Shown here: piece by piece, positions 37,983-52,200 of the stretch
Position numbering within the stretch: position 1 is the first letter of the stretch
How the letters are laid out: each line of letters opens with the position of its first letter
Assembly (NCBI GenBank): GCA_003971905.1
Contig: RSEE01000027.1
Span: forward strand, 186,001 to 250,000
Length of the DNA: 64,000 nucleotides
Direction: 5' to 3'
Source: Moniliella sp. 'wahieum'
Lineage: Eukaryota
The notes under the pieces: model-generated
The model's input: the letters and a program-made list of their open reading frames with translations, nothing else
Told to the model about the DNA's origin: nothing
Databases searched by the model: none
Program-made: the position numbers and the translations under genes

Positions 37983-40900
37983 CGTTAATGGGGTGTCAGT
38001 CGTGTGGCAGTGGTGTGGGCTGGCTGTGGTCTTTCGTGGTGAGAGTGACGTTGTGTTGCAGCAGTAGATCGAGGTATGAGAGGGGGGGTCCGCGGCCACA
38101 GCAGAGAAAAGATGTCAGCAGCGAGAGGTAGAAGGGGGGGTGTAGGAAGGAGAGGTGATGGGTGAAGTGAGGGCAAATGTGTCCGGGTGGAGGAAACAGA
38201 ATGGCAGAAGAGGTAGATGGGGTGGGCTCTGCAGTCCATGTGGCGCTGAAAATATAAAAGATGCAATAGAGCGGCATCCCCGGCGCAAAAGATGCCATTG
38301 ATACGTGCCTTTCCCTATAGCCACATAACTACGTTCCTGCATGGCGGGGGCGAAATTGAGCAGTATGTGACACTCGCTGGGGGCACACATTTGATATGTG
38401 GGGGGGGGACAGGGAGTAATACTATGACAAGGCAGCGCAACACAGACCGTGCGCGCAAAAACTGAGGAACATATATATTGTGGCATCTTTTTGGAGCATA
38501 TTGGACAAGAGGATGCAGAACAGGGAGGTGGGGAGCTGCGAGGACTATAAGGCTCTGAGCTATATGACCGGTGACCGGTCATCTGGTGTGTGGGTCTTCG
38601 CATGCAGCATCTTCCCACTGTCTTCTTTCCACCGCGGGGAAGTGGATATATCTCCCGCTAATCTGGCCCGCATGTCATATGCGATGGTGGCGCAGTGGAA
38701 TGGCGGAGAGATGCAATTGTGGCCTCGCTATTCTATACCCCCCTGCATCGGTGGGTGGTGGCGAAGGGAATTGGGGCCTGATGTCGTTGATCGTGTGCGG
38801 AGTAGGATGGCACAGTTTCCGAGCAATCAAAGGCGCGCTTCAACTGAGAGAGCACTTGCTCTTGGTAGGGTATATCTAGTAGATGCTCTGAAGACATTAT
38901 GAGATAAGGCATGCGCAGGATGCACAGCCCCTTTTACCCTTGCATTGCCCGGAGGATGAAGAAGAGGAGACAGTCTAGGGTCGGCGTGGAGGCGACAGCA
39001 AGGGCAGCACAGAAGATGGATGTGAGCGCAATAGTTATATGCGGTGGAGGGAATGCTGAGAGGGCAAAAAGTATGATAGTACGATACGCATTTCACAGCA
39101 TACTTTAACCCACCCTTTTCGTTTCCACACCATGCGGGAATCAATCGTGGGCGAAGTAATTATAGGGCTCCCCAATGCGTGATGCACCAAGGTTAGGGTC
39201 CGTCTCTGCTCCACACGCTCCCTACCGTTACTCGGTACACCTGTTGCATGTCATTGTCATCTAAATCCCGACCCTTTCAGAGTACATCATCTCCATTTCT
39301 GTCAGGAGTTATTGAATGTTGAGATATGTCCTGGCTCGTGCGTTTGCGGCTGAAAGGTTCCTTCAAAAGCTCCCCACAGTGCCTTCAGTATCGATGCTCA
39401 GCCTGAGCGCACAGCCCTCATTAGTATATTGTATTAGGAGCTCCGACTCTTTCTCGCTTCTACATATCTCCTTTTATTGCCGCAGACCAAGGGCATCTGG
39501 CTGCCTCTTGTTGCGTGTCTGTAATGCGTGTTCTTGGTTGGCGGTCACCACCACTGAGGTCACCACATCCCTGTGAAAAGTGGTCAGATGTCATGACATG
39601 TGGGTCATAGCTCACAAGGGCCAAACGCGTACCAAAAGCCAAACGACCACCGCCCGATGTGTTGCGCAGAGAAGGTGGAACGGGATAATAGGTACATACG
39701 ACGAACTCGGTTTCATCAAGTTGTGGATAACATATGGCCCCCTTCTCGACGTTTGACAGATTCTATTTTGATAAGTGCTCTATTGATGGCGAGCCCATGA
39801 GCCACTCATGTAGGCGAGAGACGTAATCTCAATAGGTTCTCAGGATCCTGGTCGACTCAAAACCAAGTTAAGCGTCAGTTTTTTTAAAGCACAGCTGGCC
39901 GCACTCCCCTCCTTTTTTGACTTTTTTAGTATCGGGTTTACTATTATGAATGGTTTGTGGGGGGAACGTATAGACGTTGGCCTTTACCAATGAGTATTGA
40001 TTGCCCCGGAAGCTGTTTGTGTTCCTATGCCATTCTCGGGTCGCTATAGAGGATGTAGCTGGTAAACCGGGAAGCTTTTGAAGAGAAAAAATGTTTTCAC
40101 CTAGGATTAATTATGCCCACACATTGGGCATTCTCGCCCCTGAAACCCCCCAAAGCCCAATTAATTTTTCCTCTCTCAGAACTCACTGCTTCTCAACATC
40201 CTCTCCTCAGGCCTCAATGTCCTCAACATCATCTGAGGAGGGCCTTGTTCACAGTGGACACCATATTTAGATAGAAACTAGCGTTAGGCATACCCCTTTG
40301 ATGAGTCCTTGAACGACATGAATAATTTTACTTGTGATGAGAGAGAGATACGAGTTATCTGTGCAGGCCGGTGCTCAGTCTGAGTACTCATCACGTACTC
40401 ATCGCCCTACCGAAGAGTACGTACATATGCACATCGGCGCCATCAGTGCATCAGTACTCAGTGCATCAGCATCACATCAGGCAACTAAGTGGTGGTCTCA
40501 CCGATACTATATGAGCTGAGGGGCCTGTGGGGCATGAGACTCAGGCCAAGTGTTGGGACCCGAGGGTTCAACGATGAAGTTCATCGATCATCAAGACAGC
40601 AGACTCTCCTGGGCGTGGATGTCAAACCCCCACTGACATATGTGACGGACATGTGATCGGCTGTTGGTGGGGCTCATAATGCGGGTGTGGCTGAGGCACT
40701 AACGCCCTGAGACTGAGTACTGAGGAGTACTGAGTACGTCGTCACCCGTGACGTCACGCATGTCCCCGGGCTCCGCAGCCGTACAGCCGTCCCTAGTCGC
40801 TCGTCTCCAGCGCCCCTCAGGGTACCGACCGCGAGATACCGGGCTGCTTACGTCACATGTCCACACGTCCGTGCCCCCACACTGGCGCTGCCCCCGTGTG

Positions 40901-41297
40901 TCTGAGCGGGCTGCTGGGATCGGCCGGTGCCTGCAGGGCCTCGGCAGGGCCCCCGGCTGCGTACTCTCGCCTCGCCTGCGTCGCCGTTTCCTCCCGCCAC
41001 CGCCATCGCCACCGTCGCACCGTCGCCCGCGTGGCCGCTGCCTACCCGCCTTCCTTTGTGCTGCGTCCTCATCTCCTCCGCATTCACCCTCGTCCTCGCC
41101 GCCGCCCTCCCCGCGCCCGCAGCTGTATCCTATCCATGCCACTCAGCGCATCTCCGGGGGTCTTTGCGCCGTCCTCAGCGGCGCCCCCCCGAGCGCCCCC
41201 AGCCCCTCATCCCTTTTCTTCTGCCGACACTCATTCCTCCAGCCCACACCGTACCTCCGATAGCTCCTTCGCGTACGACCAGCCCGAGGCCAGCTCT

Positions 41298-44200
41298 ATG
41301 TATGAGCCTCAGCTTCCGCCGCCACCGTCTACCGCTGCCGCCTCCCTAGCCGCCTCCGCAGCCATTTGTGCTCGTCCGCGTGCCTTCAGCGAGGTTCCAG
41401 GAGCCGCGTCCACGTCCACTCGCCGCCTCCGGTTCCCTACCCGCGCCACCAGACGTTGGACACCTTCCCCGCCTATAGCTCAGCTACACCTTACCCTACC
41501 CACGCCCGTCCGACTCCATCGTCGCCGAGCGTTGTTGAACTCCTGCTCCCCTCTTCACCCTCTCGCTTTGTTGGCACAACACCGACTGTGCCCAGTCCGT
41601 ATTCACAACCTTCCCGGGCCGACAGTCACTCTCCCCGCTCCCGTCTGCGCACTTTGTCCACTGCTGATGCTACCCCTTCATCACTTCCATCACTCTGCCT
41701 TCACATTCTGCGCTGCATCAAGCGCCCGCGCGTCCACTAGAGGCTCCTTCCTCTCAGTTCTCATGGAGCTCGCAGGACATCTACGCTCTTCCTACTGATG
41801 CAATGGACGGAACAGAACATGCATTGGGCCCTACGAATGAACGCTTGTCCCTTACCTGGTCGCATTCTTACCATCCCCCTGAGCCCTTCTGTTTTCCAGC
41901 GGGATGGGCATCGGATCGAATCTCATCATCGCTGTTCCGATGCAAAAACCCAGCGGCAGTTTCAGCCCCTATCTCCCCACGTCCTTCTTCACCCCCTTCG
42001 TGACATCTACTTCAACTGTAGCTGCGCCAGGCTCGTCAACTGGTGCAGACCCAGTCTCGAGTAGCCCGGCGCGCCCCTCATCATCCATGGCCCTTCACTC
42101 ACACGGTTCCTCGTCCCATGATTTGGCCATTGATACACATCTCCTCCCCTCGCAATACACACCCCTAAGTCCACCCCTTTATGGCCCTCGGAGCAGCTCG
42201 TCGGACGGCCGAGCGGTGGGGGGGATGGTTATCCTTGGATCAATGGGTGGCAATGTCTCCCCTCAGCCTTGGTCCGACCTCGTTTGCGCCTCCTTCGCCC
42301 AAGCGCTCTTCTGGCTCGTCAACGGGAGGCACACTGGAGAATGCCGCGCCCCTGCCCACCCCGGCCGGTGGCAGAGCAAGAAAGGGGCTTGACCATGTCT
42401 CCAATTTATTCCGGCGCAACCGGGGCTCAGGGCCGAGCCAAGCTCAAACCCAAGCGACGCAAGTTGCCCATGCGACGTCCCAAATCCAGCAGCCCCTGGC
42501 TGGGACTCAAATTCGCGCGCAGGGCCACCCACAGTAGCTCAGCCTGAGGTTCATGCTGCCCCGGTCAGTTATACCCACCAAGACACCCGTCCCCCACCTG
42601 GACATTCTACTATACCGAATGCCAATGGCGCGAGCAATCGGCACACACCCTCCTCCCATTTCAATTGGAGTTGGTTGGACGGCAGACGAGATTCCAAGGG
42701 CATTCCCTCAGGTGTATCCGTGCCCCCTGGCCGTACGCTTGCCGTGTCCCCAGTGACAGGTGAGCGGGCGTTGGTTTTCCTGGACGAGGGGACGCGTCAT
42801 GGGTCACGAGAGACGGAAGCGTACCCGATTATGTCAAACCGCTCGCCCACTCACCCCTCACTTTTCCTGTGGGATTCGAGGATGGAGGATCACCATCCAA
42901 TGCGTCACTTCCCTCCGGTACCCGGCGTCCCTTGTCAGCCGGCGAATCTGGCCAAGCATACAGTGGCGCACAACCTTACAGTCTCGTCCGGTATCGGGGT
43001 CCTCCGAACAGCATCCTGCCAAGCACCGTCACCGTCCTGACACGGCTCCGGGAGCGTCTTCTGCCCACAATGTCGGCCTCACAAGTAACTTCCCTCCTTC
43101 TCCGCGCTTGCCGCACCCGATGGTCAGGAGCATGTCAGATCTATGCGACCACCAACGGAGAAAATTTTACCGTCGTGGACATTACCGGGCTTCGTGAGGC
43201 GGCGGATATTAAGCTGCATGATTATGCTATCTGCCCTTTCCTTGTCCGCATTTTTTTGATGAAACTGACTCCACGTGTCTCTGAAGGCATCCCTGAGAGT
43301 GCCATTGATGATGTGACTGTTCGCCAAACAGGCGTGGGGGTCGATGCTTTTCGTTCGGATCCTCTGGATGACACACTACTGATGATGATCATGCGTCGAT
43401 AAGGGCGATGCAGATGGGTCTCTCAAATTCTTCGTCGCCACGGATGCGCACGCCTTGCTGGAGCGCAAGACACAGCAAGAACGCGGCATTGCGGAGCGCA
43501 ATCGCGCCACGCTCGACGCTGATGCGCCGCGTCCGGTTCAAGCCACCCCTCAACCTACTGGGGTACTGACCAAGTACAGAAACATCTTGATTCGTCCTCC
43601 ATGCGTCCATCTCGTCTTCGGATAGCGCAGCCATGGGAACACCCGCCCATCCTGATGGTGGGCACGCATGGTTTTGCACCCCCTTCCGGGTCAATTCATC
43701 TAGCCGCCCCTCGGTGACAGGGCTGGTGCAGTCCCATCGAGATGAGAAGCGCGTTCTGCTCCGCCCCTGGCTGGCCACCTGCCGGCTTACAGCTCTGCTA
43801 CAATGTCTGGCAGAGCAGGGCAGGGCAATTTGTCTCCTGAACATTCCCCTCCGGTGTCGCGCCCAGCGGTACATTACCCCGCAACAACCAGTGGGTTAGC
43901 CCGTTCTCCACCTCTTTCTATGTCGGGTGCTGCTCCAGGTTCGGCCTCTATCGCTGGGGAAGACGTGTCAGTCACACGAAATGGTGAGATTGTGCCAAGC
44001 GCTCGAACCTGATCACAGATGTAAACGATCACCACATATTCCAGAAGCGGGCTACTCTTGACAACACCTTGCACCTCAAAGTGGGGGGACCGTGCAACAG
44101 GTCATTGGCACCCAGGGCTCCCAGGGTAACCGACACTCTGATCCAGTTGTTTTCTGCTTTACCGTCTTCATATTTGAAAAATGCCTATCTACCTCTCCCC

Positions 44201-47200
44201 AATCAGTCGGAGGGAATGCGAACGCAGCCTGGCTCCCACTCTACTTCGGCGAGAGGGTATGCTGCAGCTCCTGTCCCAACCACGTCGCCCCGTCAACCCA
44301 ATTCTAAGGCGCCCCATGAGGAACAAGGACGGAGACACTATTCAACGCCTTCATTACCGATGGAGGCCACCGGGTCGGCCCTTCCTCCGCCACGCAACTT
44401 GCCTCCCCCACCTGTGACGACGAACGCCTCCTCGCTTTCCATGTTCCTCCGGCGCCGTCGTCATCGACTTCCAACCCACCAACCCTACTCCCCGTCGCCG
44501 ACCCACCACGGCGCCTCCCGCTTACTCCTGATGTTTCTTCTTCTTCCACCAGCTCGTATGCAGTTCATGTGCCCGCTGCGGCCCCGTTCCCCATCAAGCG
44601 AGGGCAGGTGGGCTCGTCCATCTCGTCCGCCTCGGTTTCGGATGAGTCTGACCTGTTCCACGCCGTGTCCGGTCACAGCTCTGTCTCTGATCGCGATAGT
44701 GAGACCAAGCGCAATTCGGGCCCCCTCAGCCCAGCTTCTCCGACGTCGCCGCCGCCTTCCACCACGCCGTTGCGCGTACGAGCATGGCCGCAGCGGCCAA
44801 CACATCCCGTACCACCCGCTCCGCACCAACCAGCCCCTAATCCCTGCCACTTCAGTCCACTCCAATTCCACAACTTCAATATGGCGTGGGGTGTGCGAGA
44901 GCGAGCCTCTCAACGGCGGAGCGAATGTATCACCTGACGCTGCTTTCATGACAGTTGCATCGGATGAGTCAACGTTGACTCTTCGTAACAATCACACCCT
45001 GAACGTATTGGGAGAGGCGACGCGGACCCCGACGGCATCTAGTCCCGCTGGGGGACAGGAGCAGGACCAGCTTCATTCTGTTCGCACTCTGGCTTCCGCT
45101 GGTAGGAAGGAGGAGGTGACCGAAAGAAGGGGGGGGACATGGCCCTTGTCCGATCCCAACTGGAACCCGAATCCAATGTGCCGAACGAGGCGGGCTTGGC
45201 TGTACCTGGTCACGCACTTGCTTCCCAGGAGGAAGACGCTTTCACCATTTACTCCCATCGGACTTGCCTGAACCGAGTGATCCGACGGTATACATGACAG
45301 ATCCGCTCTATGCTTCCCAGGAGGAAGACGCTTTCACCATTTACTCCCAGTCGGACTTGCCTGAACCGAGTGATCCGACGGTACATGGCAGATCCGCTTT
45401 ATGCATCTGTGACAACTCTGTTGAAGGAGACCAGGGCTCATGCCGAGAAGAAGAACTGGACCGGGAACAGATACAGCAGCTCCAAGCGAAAGTGGAGCAA
45501 CAATCTGTTTTCGAGGGGTTGCCCAGGCGTTTGCCTGGTCAGGATGGCCAAGTTGATCAGGACGCCTCTTTGGCACAGGTTCGCGATGCGACCTTGGCCA
45601 AGCCGACTCTGGACGAGCAGAAACATGGACGAATTAGTCAATTGCTTGCGAATCCGGCAGAGGACGCGGATCAATTTACCGTCTATTCTGCCAGCAACTT
45701 GCCTGACGTGAAGCAACACTGCGGTTTGATGATCCGCGGCAAGCTAATGTGCGCCATGTGTTGACGGGAAACTCGGTCGTGGCGACCGAGGCCAAGTCCT
45801 GGTTCCAGATTCGCGTACGATCTCCTCCGGAGCTGATTTGCCTGATGTGAATGACGCAACGGTGCAGGCAAATGACAAGCCGCTACCTGTTTCGAAGCAA
45901 GAGCTCCCCGGGGCAAGCAGCAAATCAATGCCGCCCAAGTCGGAGTCTGCATCGCAAGGATATTGGATGTCCCCGGGCACCTTGGCTAAGGAGTGCCGTC
46001 GCCTACGCAACTTGATCCCTACGTACGAGGACCCAATCCCCACCCCACGCGCGGCGGTGCAACCTGCCAGCATGGTTCAGTCCTCCTCCCCACTCCGTAT
46101 TGATACACGCATTGACACGATCTCAGCCGCCCCAATTTGGCGCCAATTCCGAGTGCCGATGGTGAGTCGAGTCCCACGATAGCCACGAGCTCATCGACAA
46201 GTGCAAACTCTCCCGTGGCGCCAGAGGAGAACTTGCCTCGAATGATTGGGCCATGCGTCCCACGCAGAAAGCCGTCTACAACCACCTCGACGAAATCTTC
46301 CCTGAGCATGACCTGGACAAACCTGTGATTGCACCGCCTCCCGCTTACTCCCCCTTCGGTTGAACCCCCTAGCACCACCGCTAATTCCTCTGCCAACGAC
46401 AAGTTCACTTCCCTCGTGCCCACTAAGTCGCCGAATGCTGCTACTGAATCGGCACGCAAGGCTGCCACTCCGCTCCCTCAGCGTGGAATCTGGGGATGGG
46501 CCAGGGCGACGTCAGGCTCAGGTCCAATGGTCCCAAGGGTCGCGCATCGCTTCGTCCAAGCAAGTCAATCCGTGTTGTGGCCCGGGACCGGTGCGGGACA
46601 TGGACCGTGCTAACCGAGCTGGGCGAAGATGGGGGGCGCCATTATCCGTAGGCAGAGTACCCGGATGTGGGGTGCTCGGACCCGTGAAGTTCGCCCGGGA
46701 GCCTCTTTGCTGAGACCAACGAGACCAGCAAACTGGCCGGGACGAGAAGTTGACCGACGTGCCTACGTTCGTGTGGGCCAAAGGTGGCTTGATTGGCTCC
46801 GGCAGCTTCGGCAAGGTATATCGCAATGAACGTGACGACGGGCGATTGTTGGCGGTGAAGCAAGTCGAGCTTCCATCGACCCGTCAGACTTGGCAAAGCC
46901 CGATAGCAAAAACGTGGTCAATTCCCTCGAGTCGGAGATTAACGCTCAAGGTGTTGGAACACCCTAACATCGTGACCTACCTTGGTTTTGAGCGCGCAAA
47001 CGGCTTCCTCTCAATTTTCCTCGAATACGTGCCCGGCGGGTCGATTGGTTCATGCTTGCGCAGCCATGGCATGTTGGAGGAACCAACTGTTGCTTACTTT
47101 ACACATCAGATCCTTGATGGGCTCAAATATCTTCACCAAAACGGTCTCATTCATCGCGACATCAAAGCTGACAATATCCTGGTCGACTATGACGGCATTT

Positions 47201-48029
47201 GCAAAATTTCTGACTTTGGCACAGTTCACCGTTCAAAACGGTGCCGGCAGGTCCTTCAAAGGCACTATCCCCTGGATGGCTCCCGAGGCCCTTCACGTGC
47301 CTCACAAGGGTACTCGGCCAAAGTTGACATATGGAGCCTCGGGTGCGTGGTGCTTGAGATGCTTGCGGGCAAGCGGCCGTGGCCGGATCATGAGATCCTA
47401 CAAGTCATGTTCAGGTACGTTGTTTTCGTTGGGACCTCGTGAACCTCTTGCTGGCGTACGAATGTTTGACTGACGTGATGCATAGGTTGCTCATTCTCAA
47501 TCGCCCCCGCCGGTGCCCGAATGGGTGCAAATGTCCCCGGCGGCCAAGAACTTTTTGGCCAACTGTCATGCATTGATCCGAAACGCGGCCGACGGCAGAG
47601 CAACTTTTGACCCACGTGTTTCCGTACAACATTCCACCGGGTTGGACGTTCCAGTCGAGCAAACTGTATCGAGCGATCATCAACAATCCTTGTCGCAAGT
47701 CGACCCGGCGCAGGCCTGCGCCCCGAGATGCGTTTCCGCCAAGCCATCGGGTCAGCAACGTGAACGCGCGCCTGGCTCAGCAGCTTCCCCCGTCAACGGG
47801 ACAAGTAGCCGCTCCGCCATCCCTCACCTTGGCCCCCGTTTGGCCCCACTCCCTTGTCCCTATCCCCTTACACCCCCTTGTCCCCCCCCCTTGTCCGCCC
47901 CCCCCCCCCCTGCCTCCCCCATTGCCTACTCTTTTAACCTGTTTACTAGTGTGCTTGTCGGTTCCTTTCGTTTTGATGATACCCCTTTTCTCTGTCCTCC
48001 CAATGTTCCCCCATTCTTTTGCCACTTGA
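41298..48029 (+). CDS. BCK1: MAP kinase kinase kinase of Bck1/Mkh1 type (cell wall integrity); start and stop approximate
   Basis: Kinase domain: GGLIGSGSFGKVY, LAVKQVELP, IFLEYVPGGSIG, IHRDIKADNIL, KISDFG, GTIPWMAPE, YSAKVDIWSLGCVVLEMLAGKRPW. Bck1-type N-terminal motifs: IYATTNGENFTVVDITG, VYNHLDEIFPEHDLDKPVI and RQSTRMWG. Intron 47415-47485. Confidence 0.85.
45219..45397 (+). repeat. ~93-bp near-perfect tandem duplication inside BCK1
   Basis: GCTTCCCAGGAGGAAGACGCTTTCACCATTTACTCCCA(G)TCGGACTTGCCTGAACCGAGTGATCCGACGGTA.. starts at 45220 and again at 45312. Confidence 0.9.
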
Positions 48030-49208
48030 TTTGGGGGACAGAATCAATGTAGATGATGGGAGCGCTCACGAGCTGTGACTTGTTGCTTTTGCATTGTGAA
48101 GCTCGATACCTAGCTTAGATCCGAGAGCTATGCACTGCCACGGGCCATAGTGATATGGGATAGCAAAAAGGACGTGGTTGGGGTTCTGGGTGTCGGGAAT
48201 CCAACAAGCACCCATTCTACTCCAACACATAATAAGCGAGGGGATGGCTCAAGCACGAGTTGCTCGCCAGGGTGCGTTGCTGGCAAACTGGGCGAACCAA
48301 AAGGAGAGGAGCCCACACGACGAGACAAAACGGAAGGCCGAGGGGAAAGGGGGCCGGGAGCGGGACGCGGGGTGCGGGCGCGGGACGCGACAGCTAACTG
48401 GCGCGGCTGGGACGTCGTTGGAATGAAGCCGGGGTTATCGCGGCTGTGCGGGGGGGGCGTGGGGTACGCGAGTCTTTGCGGGTGGCGCATTGGAAATGTG
48501 CGGGGGCAAAGCGGTGATGCGATCCCTAGAGCGTGGCGGCCGAAATCAGCACCAAGACCACCACACTTGATCGGGAAGGAAAGGTCGACCTATCTCCGGT
48601 GGGCGCCTTGGCCTCGGGTGCACGGCGGCGGTTGACAATGTCTTGCTCGCTGCAAGATCCCCTTGGTTCGATCGAGAGGTCAGGCGGGGGAGATGCGTTG
48701 GCAAGCATACGGTGGCTGGCGATGCATAACGGGCCAGAAAGGGAACGCGCATCAAGTCACCGAGCAAAGGACACGACGCTGTGCGGCGGTAGAGGTGAAG
48801 AGAGTGTCTAGGTCGCGGTATCTCCAGGTGATCAGGACTTGTCGCCAACGTGGGACCAGGAAATGTGCTCTTGGTGGAAGGATTGCGTGTTGAGCGCATT
48901 GTCGACGTGGCTGCCAGCGACAAGCTGGTGCGTGTTTCGGCGTCAGAAGATCGGAGGCTGTGTGGGCCAAGCGTTCGTCCTCAGCCAAGGTGTCAGCGTC
49001 GGGGCAGGATCGGCAGGCTGGTACACCACTTGATTCATCGGCTCCTCTGTCTCTCCCGTCGGTCCAAGGACTGGTTGATATGGGTTGCGATTGAATCCAG
49101 TCCAGGGCGAGGGCTAGCGCCAACAAGGAGCGCCGCAGGCCACCAGTCAAGCATCCCTAGCTTCCAGTCCCATCTCCCGCTCCAACGTTCTCGTCATGCC
49201 CGCCCCAG

Positions 49209-52200
49209 CTATTCCAGCGCGCCAGAGTGCGCCGCCCTCGGCCTAGACACCGCCTCCGCGCGGGTGGAGGCGCTGCGCACTAACCGGCCGTGAGGGCGAC
49301 GCAGGCACGCCAATCGACGAAGGGCACCCGCCCGCACCGATCCGCGGCGAAGGGGACTGGCTAGGGTGCGCCTTGACCCCCATCCCCACCCCGATACCTG
49401 CATAGTTGCCCTGCAGCCCGTACGGCGCGTTGGCCGTGTACGCGTACGGAGCGGGGGGCGGCGGTCCAACTGGACCGGCGTGGCTCGCACCGCCCGCCAT
49501 GGGGGAGGCAGCCTGGGCCGAGCTGACGAGCGCGCCGGGTACAAGGCTGCCCGGCATGAGCACCAGTCCGGCCCCTTGGGCCGGAGCAGGAGCCGGAGCG
49601 GGAGAGGTGGGGGCGGTGGAAGATCTGGGCCAGTACTCGTCCCAATCTCGCCCCGACAGTCGCAGCGCCCATGCCCGTTGGGGTGGGTGAGATGTGGCCG
49701 TGGCCCGAGTGGCCATGCGAAGAGACGGAGGCGGGACCGGGGGAATGCGTCCGGGCCCCGGCTACAGGGCTGGTGCTGCGTACGCGATACGGTTCAGCGG
49801 GGTGAATACGAGGACCTGAGCCCGACGATCCTTGCCGTGTGGGCCCAGGAGGCAGAGGGGGGAACATGTACGCTGCCCCCCTCGTTCGCCGCTCGGTGCG
49901 CTGCCTCCGCTCGCACTCGCGCCTTGGCTCAGGGTCGTGGCGGAGGACGAAGGGTGCAACTGGCGCACATTGGGCGAGGAGAGGCCAGCCTGGTGCAAGG
50001 TCACAATACTAGCTGCCAAGTTAGCTCCCGCACTTTGCACCGACCCGCCCGGAGACGAGTGGGACGTTGCCATGTCGGCATAGCTGGGCGGGGCCAACGT
50101 CTGGCCACTGCTAGAGGGCTGCAGCCCGAGTGAGGTTCGGGAGGCAAGGCAGAGGGGACGAAACTGCGTAACCAGTTGGACCCGGTGGTACCAGTGGGGG
50201 GTACGATGCCTGTGCATGGGGTTGGCCAGGCAAGAGCGAGCTGGTGGACTGGTGCCCGACAGAGCGACCTGGATAGCTTGGATTGGACGAAGCGACGGTC
50301 TTGCCCCGCATTCGCCCGAGTTGGATACCGACCTCCTCAGCCCCGCACCAGGGACGGCAGGACTAAGGTGGTGGTGGAGGAAGTGGAGGAGGTGGAGGTG
50401 GGGGCGAGGCCCACACTGCTGGGTCAACGGGCACCAGGTACTTTTCCATGCACTTGCGTACCACGTCCCGCGCACTGCCCGTCACGGCTAGCCCCAGTAA
50501 CTCGGTATCCCAGCGGCGCCTTAAACTCCTTGGGCACAACCCAGAAGAGTTCTTGGTGCTGCAAGATGGCAAGCACCACATCGTTGGCGGGCAGCGCCGT
50601 GGACCGGTCTTCGGGCGCGGTGGTGGTGCGGCGGGCATAGAGTAAGTTGGGGCCCAACACGGTGGCCAAATTGATCAAATCCATCCGCGATCCCGATCGC
50701 CATCAATTTTCTCAAAGTTGGCTACCCACTTGATAAACGTAAACAGTTCCTCCATCGTGTCCCGGTGCGCGGCGGGAAGAAGGAGGCTGATGTACCGCAG
50801 GGCACGGATGCGCTCCTTTTTGTTCTCCATCTCTTGAGCGGCCATGTAGAGGGGATAGAGACGGAAGTGAGCAGCGGATCGGGCAGTTCGCGCAGGAACC
50901 GTTTGAGGAACGCGGCCAATGAATCACATTGTCATCCAGCATCCGGGACTCGAACGGACCCCCCCGGTCCACCAGGTCAGCTACTTCCTTGAGTTTGCGA
51001 ATGTTGCCGTTTTTGCGGAAGATGCCTTCAATGCTTGGATCTGTTGCACAGCACGCACGGTCAGAAACTCGGATCCAAATCCACCCAAACACAGCACACC
51101 ACATACCTAGGTAGCGCATCGCTCTATCAATTCGTTCAGCAAGCTGGGGATCTTAATGTAGACCCCGGTCATGTCGACATGGTTTCGGTGCCGTGGTTGG
51201 TGATCAGGGTCGGAAGGGGAACGCCAAAGATGGCACCGCCGCCGCGCTTGTGGTTGGTCTTGGGCTTTTGGAAAAGTTTGCCCCAAAAGTTGCCCTTGCG
51301 TGGTTCGGAGGATTCTAGCAAAAAGTCCTCGGACGAGAAGAATTCTTCGAGGTTCACCTGGGCACGGAGCTCGGGCGTAGCCACACCACTTGGGAACACT
51401 TCTTCCGCTGCCGACTTGTCGCCGTTCCCCGGCCAATCCTTACCGTCGGCCGCGTCGGCCGAGAAGGACTTGGTGGGTGGGCGGCGGGGGGCATGGAAAT
51501 GCCCAGTTGGTGATCAGGCAGGCAAGCGCCATGCACTTGATGACCAAACGCTGGTCCGGCGCAAGTGCAGCAATGAACGGCATTTCGCATCCTGTTCCGG
51601 CGCCACGTCCAACTGGTTCGTCACGTCGTCCAAGTTCATCGGCGCCTCGGGGGTTCGAGGCCCTGGGGGTCGGCTACCGTGTCCTCTTGGATTTGGACTT
51701 CGGTATTGGCCGACGCCAGGTCGGACGTTGAGGCTGCGACGAGTCAGACGGGGGACGAGGAGCAGCTTGTCCACCCGATCGGCCGAGATGGAGCGATCGC
51801 CAGACAATCCACTCCTGCCGCCCAGTCCGGCACCCGGCGAGGGCAGCAGCCTCTCTCGTCCCTGGCCCAACGAAAGCGGGGGCCGGGTCGGGCCCGAAGC
51901 GGTCGGCTGGGAAAAGTAGTCCCCACCGGCCCCCGTCATCTCAATGGCAGGCGGCTGGGGACTGGGAAGGGCATTGGGTGTACCTGTTGCCACCCCAGTC
52001 GTCTTGCCGCTAGGCCCTCGTACCACTGTCGAAATATGAGGCACTTTGCCTTGGAGTCGACCTTGCGATCGAGCGACAAGTTGGACCGCGCCGTACGCCG
52101 GCGCATGTGGCCCTCGATTGAATTGGTCGACACTGCGCTGACTACCGTCGAGATCGTGTCAGTGCACCCCACTGCGCCCGCACCCACCCACCGGTGCAAG

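Noticed and set aside
40298..40383. Box C/D snoRNA candidate (TTGATGA..GTGATGA..CTGA)
   Set aside because: No terminal stem and no rRNA-complementary guide that I could recognise.
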